64,000 bases of DNA from Rhynchobatus australiae. Taxonomy: Eukaryota. A program made the translations under genes and the position numbers. This document shows positions 14,201 through 26,899 of the stretch, piece after piece. Under the pieces are notes generated by a model. It saw nothing but the letters and a program-made list of their open reading frames with translations. It did not search any database and had not been told where the DNA came from. The stretch lies in contig JAUZTB010000063.1 of assembly GCA_034780895.1 (NCBI GenBank), positions 19,325,015 through 19,389,014 of the forward strand. Reading direction: 5' to 3'. Every line of letters starts with the position of its first letter. The stretch's first letter is position 1.

Positions 14201-14899
14201 TCCACCCTTTTTTCTAGCCAGATTTACCTGGCAGCACCTGATTCCACAAGCATTTCATATTGTTTTCCATTGTCCCTCCTATAGGTTTGCTCCTACCTTT
14301 TATTCTTCAGCACTGAATCTATGCTGGTTGGTGGAAGACATTTAATATTATAGATGCATAATGCATAGAATATACTTATTTAGACAGTTGTCTATGGAAC
14401 ATTTTTCATCTCAGCTGTCCACTTAAGTAGGCAGCCTTGTTGATGGTTAACCTTCCTAAACCAGCCTCATCTGATCAGAAAATTTGCTGGATACAGCTTT
14501 CCTGTTGCATTCCATATTATTTTGATCAAAAAAAATTCTATGGGTTAGTATTTTCTATTACTTTGTGAAACATTGTTAATTATAAAATTAGTAAGCACCA
14601 AGTCTAATGGTTTGAAGAACACTAATTGAAGCCTTTGACATTGTGTGGAATATGAACTGATCTAGATGTGGTCTTGTTTGTGGAATTTGAAGCTGGTTAA
14701 AATATTACATGATACCTTTGTTTTCAAATTTGCTGTGCTTAATAGAATTTTGTTTTTCTTTCAACAATAACCAAAGTGGATGAGAAAAAATGGATCTAAT
14801 TTTATTGTTTTTGTTCATTGCAGTGGATTTATTTAAAGGATACACTTGAAACAGTTTCCACTTGTGCTTCAAGCATTTGATTAAAACCTCCAATCCAAA

Positions 14900-15039
14900 A
14901 TGGACAATACTGAATTGAATGGTGTCCCAAGCTATAATATTAGCCGACCAGTTTTTAATGAGGAAGCTTTCCGAGCCTACCTACATAAGAAGAAAATACA
15001 GAAGTCATCAAAAAAAGAAAAGTTTCTACAGTATTTTCG
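14900..15039 (+). CDS. SLC26A5: SLC26A5/prestin coding exon 1 (the exon starts at 14824 with 5'UTR)
   Basis: AAAATGG start; MDNTELNGVPSYNISRPVFNEEAFRAYLHKKKIQKSSKKEKFLQYF(R) resembles the prestin N-terminus (Y.V.RP.F). Donor CG|gtaggc; upstream acceptor ttcattgcag ends at 14823. Confidence 0.88.
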
Positions 15040-15479
15040 GTAGGCTTTTTATTTACTATTTTGTGATGAACTTCAATGTTATAAACTGAAATGAGGCAAA
15101 TATTATTTGAAATGATTTGTTAATTTCATTTGAATTTTTGAAAAAAATTGTATTTTCCTCAATTCCTTCCCCAGGCTACACATTCAGTGTGTAATATGCT
15201 GCATAACTGGTTTCCAGAATAAACTTTGATATGAATCCTCATTTTACTGCTCCAGGAAAATTAAAACTCTGTTTTTGTGCCACTAAGTCATGTGAAATCT
15301 TTGCTAAACACTGCTGTTAAATGCTATCCTTTTGAATGGCCTGTTCATATTTGTTGAATAATGAAAATAGTTTATATGCTCATTTTTCTGAAAAAAATTT
15401 CCTCTTCATTTGGGAATTAACTGCACACCTAGTTCCATTGCCCATAGTAGCTTAAATTAACTCAGTGGAATTTGTAAAA

Positions 15480-16890
15480 ATGTAGGAAATGTGAGCAGGA
15501 GTAGGCCATGTGGCAGTTTAAGCCTGCTCTGCCATTTAATAAGGTTTATGGCTGATCCAATCCTGGTCACTGCTTTACATTCCTGCTTGTTTTCCCCATT
15601 TTGACTCTCCTATGAACCAAAAATCTATCTTTCTCAACTGCGATTCAGCTTCCAACTTTCTGGAATAGGGAATTCCAAAGATTCATGGTGCAGTGACTAA
15701 AGAAATTCCTGATCAATCTTGTTTGGGTGATCCCTTATTCTGAAACTATCCTTGCTTTATGACAACTTTTCAGCATTTACCTGGGCAAGCCCTCTTGGAA
15801 TCTTGAATGTTCCAGTAAGATTACCTTTCATTTTTTTCTAAATGCCAGTAAGTATGGGCTCGGCATGTTCAACTTCTTGTAAAACATCCTCTTTTTATTC
15901 CAGGAATCCAGTGTAGTGAACCTTCTATGGGCTGCTTCCAATTCTAGCATATTCCCTCTTAAATTAGAAGAGCAAAAATTGTACACAGTACTCCAGGTTA
16001 AGTTTCATCAGTGTCCTGTACCACTACAGCAAGATGCTCCTATTTTACTCCATTCTGTTTGTTTTCCTGATTTGTTATACATGCTAAATTTGTGTTTTAT
16101 ATTCAAGTATACCCAGATCTGTCATATTCTGTATTCTCTCTCCTTTTTAAGTAACGTTTCTATTTTTTTTTTGTTTTTCGTACCAAAGTCAATAATCTCG
16201 TTTTGTACCCCATCTGGCAGAATTTTGCCCACTTGCCTAACCTATCTATCTATACCCCTCTATCCTCGTAACTTGCTATCAATCCTTGTATTATCTGCAA
16301 ATTTGACTACAACAGTCCTTTTATCTACCATCTAATATAGATGAATAGTTGAGGGCCCATCACTGATCCTTGTGCCATTTCATTTGTTATAGCTTGCCAA
16401 CCTGAGAATCTATTTATTTGCAAGCCAATCCTCTACCTAATTGTAAAATGTTACTCATAATGCTATGAATAATCTTTTGTGGCACTTTTTCAAATGGCTG
16501 CTGGAAGTCCAAATGGCAACAGTTACTTATTTGCATCTATCCACCCCACTTGTTATATCCTCAGAACTGTAATACATTTGTCAAGTGCTATTTTCTTTTC
16601 ATAAAATCATGTTGATTCTGCTGATTTGTATTGTGACTTCTAAATGTCTTGCTTTTGTTTCCTTAATGAATTCCTTCATTTTCTCTCCCAAGAAATGTCA
16701 GGCAAACTGGCCTATGATTTGCTGTTTTCTGTCTCCCTCCTTTTTAAATAGGAGCATGATACTTGTAGTTTTACAATCCTTTTGGTCCTACTGGAAACTT
16801 GTGGGAACTGCTTCCTCTGCAGCCACTTACTTTAAGACCATAGGATTCAGGCCATTGGGTCCAGAGAATTTTGTCAGATTTTGGTCTCAT
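15480..16890 (-). mobile_element. Old CR1 remnant in the first coding intron of prestin
   Basis: 3' tail gagcaggagtaggcc at about 15493; RT-like remnants (cccatcactgatccttgtg, ttatctgcaaatttg). Confidence 0.75.
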
Positions 16891-17247
16891 TAGTTTGTTT
16901 AGCAATATGTTGCCTCTATATCCTCTAACTTTCTAGAATTGCTTCTATGAAAAGCAGAAAACGATGACTTTTATTGAGAAGTATTTTTCCCTTGGGTGAT
17001 TATCCTAATGAACAGTTAATTGTGTAATTTTAAAATCCTATTCATTCCTCAACATCAAAAATTGTGCATAAATCTAACTGAAAATAAGTGTTTTCAATGT
17101 CTACTAATTGTGGTTAAAAAGCAAGTTCTGATGGACAACTATCTAAATATTAATCAGGTGATCATGGGCTTGGGCATTGTGTGACATGGTGTACTTATAC
17201 CTTTTCCAATTAACCAGAGTGCTGTTTATTCATTTTGTTTTCTGCAG

Positions 17248-17387
17248 TTGTTCAACCACAAAAGCCAAGTCAATACTCTTCAGCTTTGTTCCCATTCTGC
17301 TATGGCTACCCAACTACCCAATAAAGGAATATATATTAGGGGACATAATTTCTGGTGTGAGCACTGGAGTAGTGCAGCTACCTCAAA
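17248..17387 (+). CDS. SLC26A5: SLC26A5 coding exon 2
   Basis: tctgcag|[48 protein letters not shown]|gtaaat; 140 nt, phases fit both neighbours. Confidence 0.96.
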
Positions 17388-18052
17388 GTAAATATGAATA
17401 TTTTCTGCTTTCATGCATTCAGATATATTTGAAAGTTGTTTGATTTTGCTCTTTGGTATTTTAAGATTAAACATTGTTTATTTGCCTTTGTGGATTTTGT
17501 TTTCAGCATGCTGCCCACACTCCACTTTCACCAAGATTTACTGCGTGTACACAAGTGTGCACTCTTGGATCACTGAATAGATTGTTGTGGTAGAAGGGAG
17601 TTAGGGGGTGTTAGGGTGCAGAGGGAAGAACATTTAGGATTGTGCACATGTTCAAAATTTAAACTCTCCAGTCTTCGGCATTTGATTTCAACAACCAATC
17701 TGCTCAATTATCCCCTTATCTCTGTTGATCTCCAAGGTCTTATTTTAAAATGAAAAATCTAAAATTAGAGAAATCTTGCCAGCTATACCTTCTGGCACTA
17801 TATTCTGGACAAAACCTGTGTAGATTTTTCAATTTGTGAACTTAAATTATTGAGAAATGGCCAAGTTTTCATTTTCTTTTTATTAGGAGTGATTGAAATA
17901 ATAGATTTTAGCACCTTAAGAATGACAAAGATACAATTTGTCTAAATTGGTGTAATTCATGACCATTTACTTTGATTATTTGTTGTTCTTCATATTATGT
18001 TGTAGTTTTCTTTGCAATTCCAGCAGTATTATTCTTTCCCTTCTCTTTCTAG

Positions 18053-18163
18053 GTTTAGCATATGCCATTTTGGCAAGTGTTCCTCCTGTATTTGGGCTGT
18101 ATAGTTCATTTTTTCCAGTTCTATTATACATGGTATTTGGGACATCAAGACATGTGTCAGTAG
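18053..18163 (+). CDS. SLC26A5: SLC26A5 coding exon 3 (sulfate-transporter signature region)
   Basis: ttctag|[39 protein letters not shown]|gtatgt; 111 nt. Confidence 0.97.
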
Positions 18164-18809
18164 GTATGTTGTATTTATCTGTAAATACTTCATTAGTGTA
18201 CCTGATAACAATGCATTTGTATGGAGTCTTTTATTATTGAAAACATATTTGTAATATTTTCCAGAAATCAATCCTTTTTGTAAAGTGAGGAATATTTAAG
18301 GTCGAAGACTGTTGGGGGGGAGGGGAAGAAGGGGCAAGTGGAAGATGAAAGGGGGAATAATGTATCTGAAGATCTTATTTATGACTTCAATTATGATTTA
18401 TTTCCTTTTCTCTTCCAAGGTTGTGACTCCATTATCTTAACTTTCATTCCCCCTTTTATCCCCACCCCTCCTATGCATGGCCATTCCACATTAGAGACCA
18501 AAAGATGTTCAGTTGACTCTTTTATGGAGTGTATCTGTTCTGTCTAGAAGCATAATCCTGAGCCTCCAGTCACTCCTGATCACTTCAATTCTTTGTCTAA
18601 GGCCTATAATGACTTCAAAAATAGTTAATTTCATTTATTATATTTTCCATAGAAATGTATGTACAGTTCATACAAAAATGGGCAACATTTTATTGTTGCA
18701 GTTAATTACTTTGTATTTGTGGTCTTTCTAACTTCCATTTTTACTTGGAGAACGCTACATGCACTGCATTCCTTCTTACATATTAGGCATGAAGGAAGTT
18801 TTGAAGCAG

Positions 18810-20600
18810 CATTACACTTGTAGCCTTTCCCCAATGGTCATTTGCAGAGTTTCAATCCTCCTTGAGTATGTCCTATAGCACATAATCCATAACCTCTGAG
18901 TGTGGCAATTCGGCAATACTTGGATTGTTTTTGCTGGAAGACTAGTTTGCTTTGAGTGGACCACAGGGCTCTTTTCGCCAAGTTCAGGGTCTTTCAGTAG
19001 AAATTGATGACTGTCTTGTATGTGTCCCAGAACAGCCTGCAGAACACCAAACCCCATGTGATTGAGCTGGGACAGATAACAATGCATCTCCACGCCTTCC
19101 ATGGAAAGGAGCCTTCCAGCAGGTCGTGGGGGACAGGCCCCTTCCCCACCACAACTTCAAGGGCATCTTGCAGTGGCACTGAACTTTTGAATATATTGGA
19201 AATGCTGCAGAGTGAAAGTATTTCTCACTACAAACCAGACTCTATCATGTCACCTGTCAAATAGTTCTCACAATGAGAAATGTTTGTCAAATAGTACTAA
19301 ATACAAGGCAGGAGGTTCTACTTGATCCTCTACTCTGACAAATCTCGGTATGACTATGTTAGCTGGGACATGACATGCCAAGAAGTTGGACTGCATCCCT
19401 TCATTTCTGCCATGTGGAGAAATACCATAAAGTTTGGAACTTAGAATGGTTGGAGAGAAGCCCAAATAGGCCCACTCTTGCCTGTTCCTTCAGGAATCTA
19501 AATAAGTCTTACTGGGCTTTACACACTTTGGAAGCAGCTATACACAAAGTTAGCCATCTAATTCTGATAGTATTGGAAATACTCTTCTCTTTGAACCCTT
19601 TTGCGCACACACATCCTAGTAGATTCGTTTGATCTCCAGGTAAAGTGAGAGTTATCTTGGGTGATTTGAGATGGCAGTGATCTAAGGAATGAACCAAATT
19701 TGGAGAACAGAATATCTTGCACTTGGTTTCTGTTGGTTATGCTAAGAGACCATCCTAATCAGCTCCTTGTCTTATCAATTTGTTTCTTCTGGTTTTTGAC
19801 ATTTGGCTCAGTACCCCACTATATTAGATCCCCCACACTTTCAGATAGTCAGATTGATATTGAAGGATCGAATCNNNNNNNNNNNNNNNNNNNNNNNNNN
19901 NNNNTGTTCACATTCATTCTAACTCCTGAGGCCATCTTGCAATGGTCCCAAGTGCCTTGGAACTTGTGGAATGAGTGGTAGTTGGAGCAGAAGATGGTGA
20001 TGTCATCTACTCATAAGGAGACCTTAATCTGAGTTCCTTTACCGCCTAACATGATCATCCCTACCTGTGTTCCATTCAATGTGGGTCTGCCTGATTCCAG
20101 ATTTAATTGGAAAGTGTTCAGAGTACCACCCATTGCTTAGGATTTTTTTGTAACTGTGCAGACGGAACCAATTATTGATCCATTCTCTGTACCTCATTTT
20201 TGGAAAGCACATAGAAGATGTTTGTTTGGGATATTCTGTTATTCTGGTTCAGGCTGATGAGTCAACCTCTGTCTTATGAAAGATTTGAATGTCTCCCTGA
20301 ACAGCATGAATATAAAAGATTTTCTTCCAGTAGTCTAGTAGGATAACTGAGCCTGGTGACTGGGGCATTGTATAGAATCTTGTTTTCAACATTTAGCAAA
20401 AATGTTAGTTACAAATTTCGGGTTTTTTTTCCCCATGTTTTTCTTTCTGTTTGTAGATGCAGGTGATGTCTTTCTCTGTATTCTCTGGTTGCAATCACAT
20501 TCATTGACTTCAGCTCATCTAGTCCCACAGAGTAGAGTACAATCACACCTGTAACATTTGCTTCTTGAAGTCCGAAAAAAAAACTGAACTGCTTTCGTCA
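18810..20600 (-). mobile_element. Decayed Tx1/L1-clade LINE ORF2
   Basis: - strand fragments NGWYSEHFPIKSGIRQ, SL*VDDITIFCS (YxDD) and a C-terminal LAKRALWSTQSKLVFQ similar to Tx1-type ends. Confidence 0.7.
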
Positions 20601-20690
20601 GCTTGTTCAAAGTTATCATGCTAAAGCTTGTATATTTTTTATTTCTCTCTCTCTCAGTTGAGGAAAGTAATCATCTTGATGTTATCTTTC

Positions 20691-21580
20691 TGTCCACCTA
20701 TCACAGCTCTGCTTTTCCCTCCTATTTATTGGGCTTGCCGTCTTCCTATCTTCAGTCCTGAATATCTCCAATGGGACCCCACCACCAAGCATATCTTTCT
20801 CTCTGACCCCANNNNNNNNNNNNNNNNNNNNNNNNNNNNNNNNNNNNNNNNNNNNNNNNNNNNNNNNNNNNNNNNNNNNNNNNNNNNNNNNNNNNNNNNN
20901 NNNNNNNNNNNNNNNNNNNNNNNNNNNNATCCAATGACCCAAAGAGACCTTTCAGGTGATAGAGATTCAACTGCACCTCCCTTAATATCATCTACTGCAT
21001 TTCGTGCTCCAAGTGTGGCCTCCTCTACATTTGTGAGACCAACGCAGACTTGGTGACCATTTTGCAGAACATCTATGCTCTGTCTGTAACCACAACCTGC
21101 ATCTTCCTTTTACCAGTCACTTCAACTCCTCCCTCCCACACTATGGTAGTCCTCTGCCTCCTCCACTGCAAACTGGAGGAACAGCACCTCAATTTCCGTC
21201 TTGGAACCGAATGGCATGAACATTGAATTCTCCTACTTTAAGTTATCCCCACCATGCTTCTTCTCTTCCCCTTCCCAGCTGTTTTTTTCTATCTTCTTGC
21301 CTTTCACCCATCCCTGGTGGATCTGCTCTCCCCTCCTCCCTTGCACCTGCGTATCACTATCTCTTACTTGCATCTACATATCACCGCCCTGTTCCCACCC
21401 TGTCTCCCCTCTTTTGTCCACCTATCACTGCTTTGCTTTTCTCTCCTATACATTGGGCTTCCCGTCTTCCTATCTTCAATCCTGAAGAAGGGTCCTGACC
21501 CAAAACATTGACCGTCTGCTTCTCTCCACGGATACTGCCTGGCCTGCTGAGTTCCTCCAGCATCATAGTGTTTTTCATCA
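20691..21580 (+). mobile_element. Penelope-like element 3' part (GIY-YIG endonuclease) with partial direct terminal repeat
   Basis: FNCTSLNIIYCISCSKCGLLYICET...LGDHFAEHL at about 20966-21075; 72-bp direct repeat at 20691-20762 and 21415-21486; terminal gctgagttcctccagca. Confidence 0.88.
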
Positions 21581-21708
21581 CAAATATTGCCGGGTAACAA
21601 CGTTTTGTGCTTATTTCTTGCCTATTGTGGTGCTCTGGCAGTACAGAAATCTAATTGGAGAGGCTTAAACTTGAGCCTCTGAACTTCTGACTGATCTTGA
21701 TGTCCAAG

Positions 21709-21773
21709 CTATCTCTATCTCTTCTATCAATTCTATCAATCTCTATCTCTCTATCTCTATCAATTCTATCTCT
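21709..21773. repeat. Imperfect CTAT/CT microsatellite
   Basis: ctatctctatct...ctatcaattctatc repeats. Confidence 0.8.
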
Positions 21774-22051
21774 ACGTGCAGAGTGCTACTTTGTTTTTAG
21801 ATGCTGGAGAATGTCTTGCTCTGTATTTCTATTTAATATGGCAGCAATAGATGGGAGAGGGACAATACTCACCAAATTAGATGCTTTTAAAACGTCAGAT
21901 AAACTGGAAGCCTGGAATTAAATTGGGTGACATTTTGATGGTTCTGGATTCAAATGGAAGGAGCTAAAACAATTGCTTGTGCAAAATACAAAAATGTAAG
22001 ATGCTACTAATGGTGTTAATGACAATTGAGAATTTTTATTTTTTCTTCCAG

Positions 22052-22224
22052 GCACTTTTGCAGTTATCAGTTTGATGGTTGGTGGAGTGGCTATAAAACT
22101 TGTCCCAGATGATATGTTTGTGGATTCCTTAAATGCAACTAATAACTCCCTGGCACTTGCAGAAAGAGATGCAATGAGAGTTAAAGTAGCAGCAGCTACA
22201 GCTTTCTTATCAGGAATTCTGCAG
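22052..22224 (+). CDS. SLC26A5: SLC26A5 coding exon 4
   Basis: cttccag|(G)[57 protein letters not shown]|gtaaca; two N-glycosylation sequons (NAT, NNS). Confidence 0.97.
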
Positions 22225-22543
22225 GTAACAGGAAATTAGGAAAAAAAATTGAAGAGAAATACAATGTAAACTTCATTATCATGTTTTATTGTGAGCCATT
22301 GATATTTGTGTGTTTGGAATTCTTACCGATGACTAGTAGGCATTAACTAGAATTTGTGGCTGCAGTGGATGAAATTATAGGAATTAATTATTCTGATTTG
22401 TCCTATTCCTTTGGTTAAGGACTGACTGCAAGTGTGAAAGACCTATATATGGAAATGAATAATGCAAAGTAACATCCATGTTGGATGTTGGTTTGGAACC
22501 AATGACAGCTGGTTTATTTCCATCTGACTTTTGTTTTGAGCAG

Positions 22544-22708
22544 TTTTGCCTTGGGCTTCTACATTTTGGGTTTGTCGTTGTTTACCTCTCGGACCCTCTA
22601 GTACGAGGTTTCACTACTGCTGCAGCTGTACACGTCTTTATGTCTCAGTTGAAGTATTTGGTGGGCATCAAAACTAAAAGATACAGTGGACCGCTGTCAG
22701 CAATTTAT
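22544..22708 (+). CDS. SLC26A5: SLC26A5 coding exon 5
   Basis: gagcag|[55 protein letters not shown]|gtaagt; 165 nt. Confidence 0.97.
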
Positions 22709-23053
22709 GTAAGTATCCTTGTCATTGGATGCACTTCTATTAAGTAAGGACATTTTGTTGACTTTGTCCTATAATTCTCATGGTTTTGCTCTAAATACAA
22801 GTTTTACTTCCACTTGGTTAAATTATCTTGTCTGTTCAACAATCGCATTCCTCCTTTCTACTTAATATTGTGCATTCTACAGCTTCCAGTTTGCCAATAG
22901 TTGTCACTTCCTCCATGCCAATGGTAAATCTAATTCCTCCTGGGCAGTTATTTTCTCTTCTGGAGCTTGTCAAATTCTAGGGGCAAAATCATTAGAATTG
23001 GTTAAAATTTCAAATGTGCTTCATTGTTGGTTAATTTTATTTTGTATTTGTAG

Positions 23054-23206
23054 TCGTTTCTTGCTGTGTGTGAAAATATTAAGGAAGCTAATATTGCAAC
23101 GATAATTGTTGGAGGAATTTGTATTGTCGTCCTATTTGGAGTGAAAGAAGTGAATGCCCGCTGCAAAGATAGATTTGTTGCTCCTATTCCTGTGGAGCTC
23201 ATTGTG
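23054..23206 (+). CDS. SLC26A5: SLC26A5 coding exon 6
   Basis: ttgtag|SFLAVCENIKEANIATIIVGGICIVVLFGVKEVNARCKDRFVAPIPVELIV|gtaagt; 153 nt; PIP.E motif. Confidence 0.95.
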
Positions 23207-23856
23207 GTAAGTTGAATGTTTTTTTTAAATTCACTCATAAGACCAAAGAAAATCAACTCTTAATGTATTCAGACATTGTGATCTGCAGGTAGTGACTAAA
23301 AGAGTAGTGGAAGCAGATTTAAATAAATACTTGAAGGCATTGTGTGTGGTGATGAAAACAAATATGTTGGAAGTATGTGCAGGTCAGGCTGCAGCTGAGG
23401 AGAGATACAGTTAACATTTTGGATTGGTGAGTTTACATCAGTAGTGCAAGGCTTTGGGAGAAGTGCAGAGGGTGGTGGTGGTGAGAAAACTTGGGTAGCT
23501 CTTTCAAAAGAAATAATAGATACTGTATAGGGGACAGTATACCTTCCTGTGCTGTAATATTCTGATTCTTTGGAGTGTCTGTAGTAGAACTTGAACCAAA
23601 AACTTTTGAGACCCAGCTAACACAAATGACACTCTGAACTCGAGTCAAAAGTACAGAGAAACAGACCAAAGGCAACTTGGTTCTTGGTTTCACTTCCCTT
23701 CAACTTCCTCTTTTCAACTTGTAAAAGCAGTAGTTGTATCCCAATTAAAAGTAGATGTAGGAAATCCTTGAAACAAATCACAGTGGGATGTGTTCAGCAA
23801 AATCTGGCCCAAAATATATTTAAAGTATTGTAACTTTGTTTTGTTTTCCTTTTTAG

Positions 23857-23939
23857 GTGGTTATTGGCACTGGTGTTTCTGCTGGGATAGACCTCACTGG
23901 GAATTATAATGTAGAAGTCGTTGGATGTATACCCACCGG
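23857..23939 (+). CDS. SLC26A5: SLC26A5 coding exon 7
   Basis: ttttag|VVIGTGVSAGIDLTGNYNVEVVGCIPT-GG|gtacga; 83 nt. Confidence 0.95.
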
Positions 23940-26462
23940 GTACGAAATGCATGGAGAAATAATTATCTAAGCCATTCATTATTTTCAAAATTCAATAAAA
24001 CTAACTGCTATTGTGTTGGGTTATGCGTGCAAAATTAAGACCACACCTACATTTTAGGTCCAGCAGGATTGGAAGACACAGAAAACTGAACCCTGACTTT
24101 TAAAGGTGGGAGGTATTGGTAGGATGTGGGAAGCAGAAGGAGAAGATGATGGATGTAATGGGGGCATTTGGCATGGATTTGAGTTTTAGGCTCTTTTGTG
24201 GTAAGGACATTTTATTGCATAAGTCCTGGTCTGGGAAGGGTGGACAATGAACCTTGAGACTTCCCGGGTGGAGGGAGTTGCTTTGTGGTCGAGTGCTACA
24301 AACCTGTTGAAAGACAGGAAGCAATTTGAATTTTCCTTTTAAACTGTTTCTTTGAGAAACCCGAATCTTAGTATTAGGAAGGTGCCAAAAACCATTCTCA
24401 GCCAGAACTGCAAATATTCCCAGAAGATACCTCCATACATAAAATGCATTGGGTGTTGTGAAATCTGAATTACTACACTGGCAAGTTTTGTCTTGTTAAT
24501 TGTTATTATAAAATTCTGCTTGTTGGTTTCGAAATGCTTGAGTATTTGGAACATATTTGCTATTTTGCCAATGAATAATATTCCTCCTTTACTGTGGGAT
24601 CATGTGCTGGTTGTTGTAGGAGTTTTGTGTTCATTTGGTGAAAAATGTGTATTAGAAGAAAGCCAATGACCAAGAATAATAGTTGGGACATGTTCATTCA
24701 CGCTTTTTGGCCATAACACTCCTTTTACAGAATATGCCTTTCATTATGTGAATATTTTAAGATAATTCCACTGCTGACTGCTTTTTCACTTGTTTGGAAA
24801 AGAAGAGTTTTTCCAAGTTGGGTGAAGCTTTTACTGGACTTTAAGGATCATTTGGAGAACACCTGAAAATAACACTCTGAAATGAGAATAGAAAGATGGA
24901 GAAGAGCAGCTTATTACTTAATATTACACTTCATAATTGTCCATTGATGTGCAACTCCTAGAATTTTAAACCTGTTTGCTATTTATCTGAGTGTTTTTCA
25001 ATAAAGTGTACTGTACCAAATAAAGGTGGGTAAGAGAATTTTATTTTACATGTTGGTTTATGAACTGAAATACACTGATGGTGTAACCAGATACAAAAAA
25101 TAATTGGATGAATAACTGGATTTTAGAAAAAATTGTAGGACCATTGGGGGTGGAAGAGGAGAGTTGGATTTATTGGATAGCCTTCTTCAGTAGACATGAG
25201 TATAGTGGGCCAAATGGCATCTTTCTTTGTTGCATCATTCTATGAATTATGATGTATTTTAAAAGGTATTCCAAACATATAATAAACTTAAGTTGCACTT
25301 TTAAGCTAAATGGATTTTTTGAACCTCATCGAATCCAATCTATTAAATGTTACATTCTCTTTCAATAGTCAGCTACATACTCCATTTGCATTGTTTTTTC
25401 ATTGTTCCATTAGCTATGACTAGTAATCATTTCTTAAAGGAGCTCCAGTTGTTCTAGCAGAAATTACAGATCTCTTAATCTGTGTCCTTGCCCTGCCTCT
25501 CTGACATATCAATCACTATTACTGTTTAGTAAATACTAAGCCAAAAAAATCACACTTTGTGTATCTTTCTTAATCTATCCAGCAATGGCCTGCAGTTCCA
25601 GTTTTATGAAAATTTCTAGGGTTTGTGCCTCTAACTATATTTGAGCATCACATTCAATGTTCACTCTGAAGAGAATGTTGCTGATGACCTTACCAAGATG
25701 TTAGTTCATCTCTGAATTAAAAGATCCCAGAATGAAAACTGCTCTTCAATGAGATCTAAAGTTTACAGCAACAGACACCAGCTTAACTAGCTTTAATGTT
25801 TTCCTGCATTATACTGTAACTATCAACATAATCTAATCAACACTGCTTTCTTCTGGAAGTTTCTATTATTGTTCCCTTTTCCCCCCTATGAAAAGCTCCA
25901 ATTTCTCTGGTTTGCATGCATTTACCATTAGGAAGTAGTCTTTGGTGCATGTACATATGTCTCCCTCTGACATCAGTAGAAGCATTTTTCTGTATGATGG
26001 CATTAGAAAAAATAACGATTAATTGTTGAACAATTGGTCAATAATTCTATTAATACACAGTATTATTTTGAGGCAATCAAGTATTGCTTNNNNNNNNNNN
26101 NNNNNNNNNNNNNNNNNNNNNNNNNNNNNNNNNNNNNNNNNNNNNNNNNNNNNNNNNNNNNNNNNNNNNNNNNNNNNNNNNNNNNNNNNCTTCTAGATAG
26201 TGCTGTTCAAATCCATAGATGAAATAAATGGATTGAGTACATTTTGAACTTCTGCCTTCTCACTAATGTTCTCATGGTTTTAATGTTGTACAGTATAAAA
26301 CTGGGATATTTTATGGGAATTGCAGGAATGGTCTGTATCTTTTGATTCTGCCAGTTGACAATTGTCTTGACTATGTTTTGTGATGTTACTGCAACAGCAT
26401 TGTTGCCATCAAAGCTTTTAAGTGCTGAGCACGTAATGTCAGTACACACTTTACTTTTTCAG

Positions 26463-26610
26463 ATTGAGGACTCCTGTTCTACCTGACATCAGTTTACTTT
26501 CTGAAATACTTGCAGATTCTATTGCAATTGCAATAGTTGGATTTTCTATGACTGTGTCAATGGGGAAGATATTTGCTCTGAAACATGGTTACACTGTGAA
26601 TGGTAATCAG
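26463..26610 (+). CDS. SLC26A5: SLC26A5 coding exon 8
   Basis: tttcag|A-LRTPVLPDISLLSEILADSIAIAIVGFSMTVSMGKIFALKHGYTVNGNQ|gtaatt; 148 nt. Confidence 0.96.
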
Positions 26611-26899
26611 GTAATTTATCCAATCTTCGCATCTGTGTAGTTCTTGCTATTTCTGTGATCAATGCGATGGCAGTTTTAACTTTGAAAATGATTGACAGTA
26701 ATGACTATGAAGCTATTGCTAGGGAGTTCTTCCTGTGTTACAGGAAATTTTAAATGTACATAGGAAAAGTATTAATTTTAGAATTGACATGCAAATTTGT
26801 CATACAAATGTTAGATTCTGCTTGGGTCAGCATGGATCACCTGATGGAGAATTACTCCCAATAGACCACTTCTGATGTTGCAGATCTTATCTGTGACCA

